In this document: piece after piece, positions 54,309-62,095 of the stretch
Layout of the letters: each line of letters begins with the position of its first letter
How positions within the stretch are numbered: the first letter of the stretch is position 1
Source: Patescibacteria group bacterium
GTDB taxonomy: Bacteria > Patescibacteriota > Minisyncoccia > Phycocordibacterales > JAKFXT01
Assembly (NCBI GenBank): GCA_021731245.1
Contig: JAKFXT010000005.1
Span: forward strand, 1-62,095
DNA length: 62,095 nt
Reading direction: 5' to 3'
Program-made: the position numbers and the translations under genes
Notes under the pieces: generated by a model
What the model saw: the letters and a program-made list of their open reading frames with translations, nothing else
Told to the model about the DNA's origin: nothing
Databases searched by the model: none

Positions 54309-55020
54309 TGGTAACGCTGCCTTAGTAAAATTTAGCTATATGCTGGAATATCTGTGTGTAAAACACTGAAGTATCTGGTACTACTATGGTACAATTATCC
54401 CATAGATAATTATGCCAAGTGAAAAAGTATCCAGTGCAGGCAACCAGCAGGAAAGGCTAGAAATTGAAAATTGGATAGTTGGCTTTGCAGATGGAGAAGG
54501 ATGTTTTACGGTAAGTTTAATAAAAAACAAAACAACCAAATCTGGTTGGCAAGTTTTTCCTGAGTTCGTTGTAACTCAAGGAGCAAAAAGCTTATCGGCA
54601 TTACAACTCATTCAAAAATATTTCCAGATTGGAAATATTTTTATCAATAATCGAAAAGATAATCATAGAGAACCTCTCTATCGTTATTGCGTTCGTTCAA
54701 TTGATGAATTGCAGACAAAAATTATTCCATTTTTTTCTAAAAACAAACTGAGAACAGCAAAAGCAAACGATTTTAAAATTTTTGCTTTTATTGTGAATAT
54801 GCTTGTTAAAAAAGAACATTTTTCTCAAAAAGGAATGCAAAAAATTGCAAAACTTATTGAAACTATGAATCTTAAGAAAAAATCAAGATTTCTAGAATCC
54901 TCAGAGACTACACGCTAGACCTCGCGAAAGCGAGTGAAGATATAGTCCGAACTTTGCAGCGATGCAAAGAATAAAATAGAAATATTTTGTCTCCATTTTA
55001 AGATGGAAGTAACATTTAAG
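54309..55020 (+). mobile_element. group I intron at 23S position 1931 (E. coli numbering)
   Basis: The 5' exon ends ...CGGTCCTAAGGT (U). The intron ends in G, and the 3' exon resumes AGCGAAGTACCTTGTCGGGT. The core-like element GAAGATATAGTCC lies near 54937. The intron contains a LAGLIDADG ORF. Confidence 0.8.
54412..54918 (+). CDS. single-motif LAGLIDADG homing endonuclease (intron-encoded)
   Basis: Has the WIVGFADGEGCF motif. A length of 168 aa is typical of I-CreI-like homodimeric enzymes. Confidence 0.8.
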   Translation: MPSEKVSSAGNQQERLEIENWIVGFADGEGCFTVSLIKNKTTKSGWQVFPEFVVTQGAKSLSALQLIQKYFQIGNIFINNRKDNHREPLYRYCVRSIDELQTKIIPFFSKNKLRTAKANDFKIFAFIVNMLVKKEHFSQKGMQKIAKLIETMNLKKKSRFLESSETTR

Positions 55021-55040
55021 AGCGAAGTACCTTGTCGGGT

Positions 55041-55327
55041 AAGGAATTTGCCCGCTTGCGCCGTAAGGCGCATGAAAAAATCTGCTAAAAACGGTGAAGC
55101 CCAATTTCGGAGTCATAGAAATCAAGGTTTATGATGTTGAAGAAAGGGTAATACCGTGGGAACTATAAAAGTAATTTTATAGACCTGTATCGACTGGAAG
55201 CATTACTTTAAAAAGTAGTGAAGAAGATGGCAAGTACGCAAGAATGTATTGTCATAATACGCAGACATCTTAAAAATCTAAGATGAAGATATAGTCAGTG
55301 CCATTAGTAATAATGGAAGACAACATG
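55041..55327 (+). mobile_element. ORF-less group I intron at 23S position 1951
   Basis: The 5' exon ends ...GTCGGGT (U), the intron ends in G, and the 3' exon resumes AAGTTCCGACGCGCACGAATGGCGTAACGA. GAAGATATAGTC lies at about 55286. The exon between introns 1 and 2 is exactly 20 nt (1932-1951). Confidence 0.75.
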
Positions 55328-55971
55328 AAGTTCCGACGCGCACGAATGGCGTAACGACTGGAGAACTGTCTCGGGGGATGGCTCGGTGAAAATACAATAC
55401 CGGTGAAGATGCCGGTTACCTGCAGCAAGACAGAAAGACCCCAGGAGCTTTACTATAGCTTGAGACTGTACTTACGCGACTGCTGCGTAGCATAGATGGG
55501 AGACTTTGAAGGATTGATTTTGGTTGATCTGGAGTCGTCAGTGAAATACCATTCTGCATTTGTGTAAGTACTAACCATATCGGAAAAAAATGATATGGGA
55601 CACTCTCTGGTGGGTAGTTTGTTTGGGGCGAATCCCTCCTAAAGAGTAACGGAGGGGCTTATTAAGGTCATCTAGGCGCGAATGGAAACCGTGCCGATAG
55701 TGTAATGGCAAAAGATGGCTTGACTGTAAGGGGTGCATCCCGAGCAGGTGCGAAAGCAGAACATAGTGAACCGATGGTCCGCGTTAGATGCGGCCGAAGA
55801 TTAACGGATAAAAGCTACCCTGGGGATAACAGGCTAGTTGTGCCCAAGAGTTCATATCGACGGCACAGTTCGGCACCTCGATGTCGGCTCATCTTATCCT
55901 GGTGGTGGAGAAGCTACCAAGGGTTTGGCTGTTCGCCAATTAAAAAGATACGCGAGCTGGGTTCAAACCGT

Positions 55972-56345
55972 ATAGAAGTTAAAATTTTTAACTTTTTTAC
56001 AGTTTGAATCCGAGGAAAAAGACATTAAATTTAATTTCTGTATTTGAAAAAGTCCCATATTTTGATTTATCAAAATGTGGGTTCTTCCACCAATAAATTT
56101 TGGTGTTAGAAATAGATGAATCAATCAAATCACGGCGGTTGTATAAAGAAATTTATATTAAACCAGTAAACTTATATCGGTGGAATCCAATCTCTTAACA
56201 CGAGAGGATAATACCGAGGGAATTGGCAGCATTAATTTTAATTAATGCGGCACATAGCCCGTAGAGACTAAACGTTTACTACCCACGATGAAAAATATCG
56301 GGGTAATGCTATAGTCCAATGCACGAAGTAATTCGTGGCACCATG
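55972..56345 (+). mobile_element. ORF-less group I intron at 23S position 2593
   Basis: The 5' exon ends ...GAGCTGGGTTCAAACCGT (U), the intron ends in G, and the 3' exon resumes CGTGAGACAGGTTGG. GCTATAGTCC lies at about 56308. Confidence 0.75.
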
Positions 56346-56900
56346 CGTGAGACAGGTTGGTTCTCTATCTGCTGTAGGCGTTGATTCTTGAGAAGACTTG
56401 CTCCTAGTACGAGAGGACCGGAGCGAACTGACCACTGGTCTACCAGTTGTCCTGCCAAGGGCATTGCTGGGTAGCTATGTCGGGAATAGATAACCTCTGA
56501 AAGCATCTAAGAGGGAAGCTAACTTCAAGATTAGGAATCATTATGAGGCTCGTAAGAGATTATTACGTTGATAGGCTTTAGGTGTAAGTGTCGTAAGGCA
56601 TTGAGCCGAGAAGTACTAATTCGCCCAATCCTATGAGGATTTTTGAAAATCGTTTTTACTTTCATACATCGAAATGGTGTATGGAAGATTGAGTGGGATA
56701 TTACTCAATGATACTTGTTAAACCTGCAAAATAATTTAAAGACCCCTAAATTTGTGTGTTTCGTAGAGGGAACTCTCGTCGCCCGTACCTTTCACGGGCC
56801 TTGGCTGTACGGAGAGTAGGCTCGTGCGAGAGAGGGAGGTTTTCATAACTCCCGTTCGCATCTTCTACGAAACACATAAATAAAAAATTCATTTTTTAGT

Positions 56901-57029
56901 GTTGGTGTTTTGACGCAGGGGGCCCGCCTTACAGGCGCAGTACACTTTTCGCATTTTGATTACAAAATGCTCAAAGTTTTGCGAAGCTCCATGTGTTCGC
57001 TTCGCAACCTCTTCCATTCTGACAGAGAA
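56901..57029 (+). pseudogene. 5S rRNA 5'-half relic split by an 82-nt structured insert
   Basis: GTTGGTGTTTTGACGCAGGGGGCC and ACCTCTTCCATTCTGACAGAGAA match the first 55 nt of the intact 5S. They are separated by 56925..57006. No 3' half is present. Confidence 0.6.
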
Positions 57030-57060
57030 TAAAAATGATTATAAAAAATTGAATCTTAAG

Positions 57061-57168
<108 letters not shown>

Positions 57169-57186
57169 TTAATATTCAATTTTTAG

Positions 57187-57312
57187 ATGATACTCTTATG
57201 GGGTGAGGCGCGAACACTTGGAGCGCCGCAAGGCCGGAGCGCGACGGCGCGAGATAGGGCTGAAAGATTTTCTTGCAAGAAAATACTTTTGGCAGTAGGT
57301 AGACGCCAGCAC
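57187..57312 (+). pseudogene. 5S 3'-domain relic carrying element copy S1 (57234..57312)
   Basis: ATGATACTCTTATGGGG and AGTAGGTAGACGCCAGCAC mimic 5S nt 57131..57168. Between them lies about 95 nt containing CCGGAG, hairpin GCGC-GACG-GCGC, GAGATAGGG and an AT-rich hairpin. Confidence 0.65.
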
Positions 57313-57333
57313 TAAGCAATGAATTTTTCTGTA

Positions 57334-57457
57334 AAATACTCTTTAGGGGTTGCCAAGCTGTGGAACAGCTTGGCAAAATCGGAGCGCGACGGCGCGAGAT
57401 AGGGCTGAAAGATTTTTCAGCAGAAAAATACTTTTGGCAGTAGGTAGTCGCCAGAAC
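57334..57457 (+). pseudogene. second 5S 3'-domain relic carrying element copy S2 (57380..57457)
   Basis: ATACTCTTTAGGGG ... AGTAGGTAGTCGCCAGAAC. The core is near-identical to S1, but a different upstream hairpin is present (TTGCCAAGCTG/CAGCTTGGCAA). Confidence 0.65.
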
Positions 57458-57486
57458 ATAGAATTTAATTTTCCGTTCCTTCAATT

Positions 57487-57593
57487 CGGGGTGTAACTCA
57501 GCCTGGTAGAGTTCTCAAACTAGTTTTACCCGGGTGACAACGTCCGGTGCTTAAGTTTGAGGGTTGTCGTGGGTTCAAATCCCACCACCCCGA
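57487..57593 (+). tRNA. tRNA-like gene with a 31-nt insertion in the anticodon arm; isotype uncertain (the loop CTTAAGT would give anticodon UAA)
   Basis: Acceptor CGGGGTG/CACCCCG plus A73, D arm ACTC-AGCCTGGTA-GAGT, and T arm GTGGG-TTCAAAT-CCCAC. The anticodon stem halves CTCAA (57514..57518) and TTGAG (57557..57561) are separated by 38 nt instead of 7. Confidence 0.55.
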
Positions 57594-57596
57594 CCC

Positions 57597-57620
57597 GCCG
57601 GCTTTCGAGCCGGTTTTTTT
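57597..57620 (+). terminator. rho-independent terminator ending the rRNA-tRNA unit
   Basis: CCGGCTttcgAGCCGGTTTTTTT. Confidence 0.75.
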
Positions 57621-57681
57621 ATTTGCTAATAAGAGTTACAGCCCATAAGACAATAAATTATATTTTTGGTATTATTTCTAT

Positions 57682-59544
57682 ATGTCACTTAATAAAAAGT
57701 TCCTACCTTTTATTATTTTAATACTTCTAATACCGTCAATTGCTAGCGCCGTCTGGTGGAATCCATTTACTTGGTTTAAATCTAAAAAAACTGAAATTGA
57801 ATTTGTAGATAAAAAGATCGCAGACGATTTTTTGTCTGATATAAAAATAAATAATCTTCCGCCAAGTGAAAAAATTTTTATAACTGATTTGGCCACGTCC
57901 ACCTCTAGGTCGCCAATTTTGATAAAAGAAAAATCAATCATTAAAAATATGCAGGGATATAAAATTGAAATCCCAGTAGGGTGGTATGTATTTTATAGTG
58001 GGGTAAATTTATCCGGAACTTTTGCTCTATGCTCTTCTCCTACTGTGGCAAACATTGAATTTCTTTCGATAATGAATAGCCCCGAAAGTGTGATTAAAGA
58101 TATGATTTATAATAACAAAAAAAATTGTAGCTCCTATTTTTCAATAGGGGCAATGATAGATGGTGCTGGTCTAGCTCCTAAGGAATATGAAACATACGAA
58201 GGGGCAATTGAGAGTCTTAAAAAAAGAAAAGATTCTTATGAAAAAGAAGAGTCTAGAAATGTTGTAGGTATAAACTACACAGTAGAAGAATTAATAGATC
58301 TTATTCCCAGGGCCAAAGTTATAAAAGAGGAGTTAAATTATGCTCCGTATGGAGCAGAGGTCAGACAGACAAAATATTATATATATTTTGATGAAGTTTT
58401 TCTAAAAGGTAACTATAAGTTTGTGGCTGAATCATATAATTCCCATTCACCCTCTATAGAACAAATACTTTCAACAATAAAAATATTTGATTTAAACGAC
58501 CCAGATGTTAGAGATAGCATAAGGATTAAGAGATTGAATGAACTCCTAATGTTCGCCTTTCCTAGATATTACGAATCTAACCTATATAAAAAAGTTGATT
58601 CAGGATGGTCCAATGACTTTTCTATAGGTCAATATCCAAAAACAATAAAAGAAATAAATTTAAAAATAAAAGAATTTTCTAAAATAGAAACAATACAAGA
58701 CCCACTAGACAATAAAGATATTTCCTATACTCCTCATATTGGCAAAGATTATATTGATGGTTTTAGAATTGGAGTAAGTCTAGAAAATAAAGATAATCCA
58801 TTTCTACGCCTTGATGGTTGCGATTTTTCACAAAATTTGTGTCCAGATGAAAATCTTTATGAAAAAGTATCTTATTTTAATGGAGATGATACAAAAGGTT
58901 GTAATGGAGAAAGTGGGCGTTTTTGTTTCGATATAGTTTGTAGAACAGTCAATTTTGAAAAAGGCAGATATAGCTACACATGCTCATCTGGAAAAGGTGA
59001 CAGAAGCATATTTTATATTGCTGATTGGGAATTATATCTGAGGAGTCCAGAATATATTAAAAACATTAACACCAATAGTGCCAGTAGCACTAAAGAGAAA
59101 GCAGGACAAATAACAGAAGATAAGAATCAAGACACACTCTCTAATGTAAGCCCCGAAACAAAAAAAATAATCGACAAGATCAACGAGACCACTGTTAATG
59201 CCACTATTAAAGCCAATTTAGATGTAATGCGCGCTCAGGCAGAAATACTTTATGATCAGAATGTTAAAGATCGTTATAAAAGCCTCTGTTCCAATGGTTA
59301 CGCTATAAACATAATTGATTCGGCTAAAAAAGTTTCAGGTATTACTAAACCGACCAATATCGATATAAATACCTCAGGAAGTGTTGGCACGGCAACTTGT
59401 CATGTCTCTAGCGATAATAATTCATGGGCTGTAGAAGTACCTTTGAAGTCACCTCCAACCAGCTTTCAATGCATTGATTCTAAGACTGTGGTTGTCACGA
59501 CTTCTAGCACCTTGGGTGTAGGTGATACAAAATGTGGTCTCTAG
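57682..59544 (+). CDS. 620-aa secreted Cys-containing protein; the C-terminal roughly 120 aa resemble a pilin-type globular domain
   Basis: Has a signal peptide ending IASA. The C-terminal ATIKANLDVMRAQAEILYDQN...SLC...ATCHVSSDNNSWAV...FQCIDS resembles the conserved pilin head pattern. This is a by-eye judgement. Confidence 0.45.
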   Translation: MSLNKKFLPFIILILLIPSIASAVWWNPFTWFKSKKTEIEFVDKKIADDFLSDIKINNLPPSEKIFITDLATSTSRSPILIKEKSIIKNMQGYKIEIPVGWYVFYSGVNLSGTFALCSSPTVANIEFLSIMNSPESVIKDMIYNNKKNCSSYFSIGAMIDGAGLAPKEYETYEGAIESLKKRKDSYEKEESRNVVGINYTVEELIDLIPRAKVIKEELNYAPYGAEVRQTKYYIYFDEVFLKGNYKFVAESYNSHSPSIEQILSTIKIFDLNDPDVRDSIRIKRLNELLMFAFPRYYESNLYKKVDSGWSNDFSIGQYPKTIKEINLKIKEFSKIETIQDPLDNKDISYTPHIGKDYIDGFRIGVSLENKDNPFLRLDGCDFSQNLCPDENLYEKVSYFNGDDTKGCNGESGRFCFDIVCRTVNFEKGRYSYTCSSGKGDRSIFYIADWELYLRSPEYIKNINTNSASSTKEKAGQITEDKNQDTLSNVSPETKKIIDKINETTVNATIKANLDVMRAQAEILYDQNVKDRYKSLCSNGYAINIIDSAKKVSGITKPTNIDINTSGSVGTATCHVSSDNNSWAVEVPLKSPPTSFQCIDSKTVVVTTSSTLGVGDTKCGL

Positions 59545-59681
59545 AGTTTTTATTTGTAGGCTATTAGTAATCACGCCGTTTGCTATAATGTGTTTATTCG
59601 AGAGCTTCGGTAGATTTTTAGTAAAATCCACCGAAGTGCTCAATTTTATAATTATTCGTTTTACTCATAAATAAAATTGGC

Positions 59682-60434
59682 ATGACTTGGGCAGGAAAGA
59701 GACAACTTTTAATTTTAGGTTCAATCGCTATAGTTTGTATAATCATTCTTTTTCCTGTGGTGAAACCAGTTGTTGCCCCCGCCCCAACTTGTTCTGATGG
59801 AAAACAAAATCAAGGCGAGCTCGGAGCAGATTGTTCAGGGCCCTGTCAAAGAATTTGTTTAGCAGAAGCCATTTCCATCAAAGTAATTTGGGTACGTTCT
59901 TTCAAAGTTGCCGACGGTGTCTACAGTGTAGTTGCTTATATCAGTAATCCAAATCCAGGGTTTATGGTAAAAAATGCGCAATATATTATGAAGCTTTATG
60001 ATGAAAGAAATATTTTAGTTAGCGAAAGAGAGGGGGTAATAGATATTCCTGCAAAAGAGACAATTCCTATTTTTGAAGGAGGTATTCAAACTGGAGAATC
60101 TAATGTTAAAGAAGCCTTTTTTGATTTCAGAGAGGACCTAGAGTGGTTTAGGGGAAGTGAAATTCCTAAGAAAGTTTCTGTTGGTTCCTACACATTAGAA
60201 AATACAAATTCTCCTAGGGTTTTAGTTCCAATTAAAAACACAACACTGGATATTTTAAAAAATATTCCAGTTGTAGCAATTGTTTTTGATGAAAAAGATA
60301 ATGCAATAGCGTCTTCTCAGACTTTGATTGAAAGATTGGAGAAAAACCAAACTGTGGAAGCAGTATTCACGTGGAGCCTACCTTTTGAAGGTAAGGTGGG
60401 TCCTGTCAGAATTTATCCACGCGTTACCGATTAA
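59682..60434 (+). CDS. membrane-anchored 250-aa protein, unknown function
   Basis: An N-terminal TM helix is followed by a Cys-rich knot (CSDGKQNQGELGADCSGPCQRIC) and a beta-rich domain. Confidence 0.45.
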   Translation: MTWAGKRQLLILGSIAIVCIIILFPVVKPVVAPAPTCSDGKQNQGELGADCSGPCQRICLAEAISIKVIWVRSFKVADGVYSVVAYISNPNPGFMVKNAQYIMKLYDERNILVSEREGVIDIPAKETIPIFEGGIQTGESNVKEAFFDFREDLEWFRGSEIPKKVSVGSYTLENTNSPRVLVPIKNTTLDILKNIPVVAIVFDEKDNAIASSQTLIERLEKNQTVEAVFTWSLPFEGKVGPVRIYPRVTD

Positions 60435-60455
60435 CTGATTAACTAATTAATTAAA

Positions 60456-61604
60456 ATGGAGGGATGGTTTCTAAAAAAAATAGGTCATATTTGGCCGGTA
60501 AAAATAGATTGGCCGCTTTTTTTTGCGGTACTGCTTTTGACGCTTGCTGGGCTTTTTACTATGAGTACTTTTTCGGGAGACAATAGTTTTTTTGAAAAAC
60601 AATCCGTTTGGATATTAATTTGTGTGTCAGCCTTCTTTTTCTTATCCGGAGTGGACTACCACTTCTTAAGAAGAAGTAATGTTTTGATTTCACTTTATTT
60701 GATAATTGTGGGACTTCTAGTCCTTCTTTTCGTTATAGGCTCGGTTTTTCAAGGAGCAAGGAGTTGGTTTAATTTTGGGTTTGCCAGTTTTGAGCCGGTG
60801 GACTTGGCAAAATTAGTTCTGATTTTAATGTTAGCCAAGTATTTTTCTCGTCGTCATATAGAAATTGCGGATATTAAGCACATTGTAGTTTCAGGAATTT
60901 ATGCGAGCATTCTATTTTTACTCGTTTTGTTCCAGCCGGATTTTGGTTCCGCCATTATAATATTTTTTGTTTGGCTCGGAATGGTTTTAGTTGCGGGCAT
61001 TTCCAGAAAACATTTGCTACTAGTTTTTTTGGCCGGAGTTGTTTCCTTTTCTTTACTTTGGTTTTATGTTTTTGAGCCGTATCAAAAACAGCGCATAATG
61101 ACCTTTTTAAATCCTCTGACTGACATTCACGGCTCAGGGTATAACGCATACCAAGCGACAGTTGCAGTTGGTTCGGGTCAAATTTGGGGGAAAGGATTAG
61201 CCCTTGGCACTCAATCAAAATTGGAGTTTTTGCCAGAATACCAAACCGACTTTATATTCGCTGCTTTTGCTGAAGAGTGGGGGTTTGTTGGGGTTATGAT
61301 AATCTTTTCGCTTTTCGGCATTGTGATTTGGCGTATTATCGTTATTGCAACAGAAGCGGAAAGTAATTTCGAAGCTTTGTATGGAGTTGGTTTGGTGATA
61401 CTATTCCTCACTCACTTTATAGTGCACGTCGGTATTAATATTGGACTCTTGCCCGTAACAGGAACGACCATTCCATTTTTAAGTTATGGTGGTTCGCACT
61501 TACTTACAGAATACACCGCACTTGGAATATTGATGGGAATGAGAAAATATTCTCGTGGCATACAGAAAAAGGATGCGCACAATGAAATGGTTGGAATTTC
61601 TTAA
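60456..61604 (+). CDS. SEDS-family peptidoglycan polymerase (FtsW/RodA)
   Basis: Has about 10 TM segments, and contains QPDFGSAIIIF, LPEYQTDFIFAAFAEEWGF and TGTTIPFLSYGGS. Confidence 0.85.
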   Translation: MEGWFLKKIGHIWPVKIDWPLFFAVLLLTLAGLFTMSTFSGDNSFFEKQSVWILICVSAFFFLSGVDYHFLRRSNVLISLYLIIVGLLVLLFVIGSVFQGARSWFNFGFASFEPVDLAKLVLILMLAKYFSRRHIEIADIKHIVVSGIYASILFLLVLFQPDFGSAIIIFFVWLGMVLVAGISRKHLLLVFLAGVVSFSLLWFYVFEPYQKQRIMTFLNPLTDIHGSGYNAYQATVAVGSGQIWGKGLALGTQSKLEFLPEYQTDFIFAAFAEEWGFVGVMIIFSLFGIVIWRIIVIATEAESNFEALYGVGLVILFLTHFIVHVGINIGLLPVTGTTIPFLSYGGSHLLTEYTALGILMGMRKYSRGIQKKDAHNEMVGIS

Positions 61605-61618
61605 TATTTTAAAAACAA

Positions 61619-62095
61619 ATGATTATAGATGGTAAAAAAATAGCATTATCGATAAGAGAGAAAGTGGGGAAGGAAATAAAAAATCTTTCCCGCCCTTTAA
61701 CGATTACGCACTTTATAGGTACAGAGGACCCAGCTGTCCTTTCTTTTGTGCGTATAAAGCAGAAAGTTGGGAGCGAACTTAGAGTAAATATTGAAAAAGT
61801 TGATGTTACTCAATTTGATACCGCGCAATTAATTCAAGAAATAAAGAACAGAGAAAACAAAACAGATGGAATAATTTTGCAATTTCCTTTGCCCAAAGGA
61901 ATTGATGTTAAAGAAGTAAGAAATGCCATACCCACTTTGCTTGATATTGATTCAATATCAGATGTGGCTATGAGTAATTTTGAAAGGGGAGTTTCTGAAA
62001 TTTTGCCTCCTGTTGCAGGCTCCATAAAAGAAATAATTGATGAATATAAAATTGAAGTTAAAGGGAAAAAAGTTTTGATAATTGGAGCGGGTCTT
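61619..62095 (+). CDS. folD: bifunctional methylene-THF dehydrogenase/cyclohydrolase FolD, 3'-truncated by the window edge
   Basis: Hand translation: MIIDGKKIALSIREKVGKEIKNL ... DGIILQFPLPKGID ... LPPVAGSIKEII ... GKKVLIIGAGL. The frame is open to the end of the window. Confidence 0.85.
   Translation, partial: MIIDGKKIALSIREKVGKEIKNLSRPLTITHFIGTEDPAVLSFVRIKQKVGSELRVNIEKVDVTQFDTAQLIQEIKNRENKTDGIILQFPLPKGIDVKEVRNAIPTLLDIDSISDVAMSNFERGVSEILPPVAGSIKEIIDEYKIEVKGKKVLIIGAGL

Noticed and set aside
57187-57457. Possible CRISPR array, because of regularly spaced repeats.
   Set aside because: There are only two units of roughly 146 nt. They are 5S-derived with a long shared core, not short repeats separated by unique spacers. 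No other CRISPR-like periodicity and no cas-like genes were seen in the window.

Overview
The window is an AT-rich, gene-dense bacterial chromosome segment. By inference only, it resembles a small-genome Patescibacteria/CPR (Parcubacteria-like) organism. Supporting signs are 23S rRNA introns carrying homing endonucleases, rplK with no rplA after it, a minimal pilMNO set, and many small hypothetical membrane or surface proteins.

Recognisable content:
- Translation: argS, ileS, glyQS, metG, rplS, rplK, rplJ, rplL, rpsF, rpsR, efp, secE and nusG.
- DNA maintenance: recA, recO, ssb, ftsK, ruvX and a family-4 UDG.
- A thymidylate/folate cluster: folA, two dcd-like genes, thyA and glyA, with folD at the window end.
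- A pilM/N/O-like trio and a mini-pilin.
- Three large secreted proteins, one of them 1155 aa and S-layer-like, preceded by an 826-nt structured non-coding region.
- Nine tRNA genes.
- A 23S-5S rRNA unit with no 16S upstream. The 23S carries a helix-25 insertion encoding a GIY-YIG protein, plus three group I introns at the classical sites 1931 (with a LAGLIDADG ORF), 1951 and 2593.

The most unusual signal is non-coding. A family of GC-rich multi-hairpin elements has stems that co-vary between copies.
- The copies lie after tRNA-Val, rplK and rplL, and twice after the 5S gene.
- The copies after tRNA-Val and 5S are associated with direct duplications of the 3' end of the host RNA gene; tRNA-His also has a 3'-end duplication, around an unrelated insert.
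- Three tRNA genes are also followed by a perfectly matched 12-nt inverted copy of their own T-loop and T-stem.

Other items worth a look:
- An IleRS with an internal insertion of about 195 aa resembling a histidine phosphatase.
- A tRNA-like gene with a 31-nt insertion in the anticodon arm.
- Several strongly GC-rich single-gene cassettes, each with its own consensus promoter and terminator. One encodes a 57-aa Gly/Ala-rich peptide that falls below the cutoff of the ORF track.

All RNA and repeat coordinates were indexed by hand and may be off by a few nt. All functional calls rest on motif recognition by eye, not on searches.
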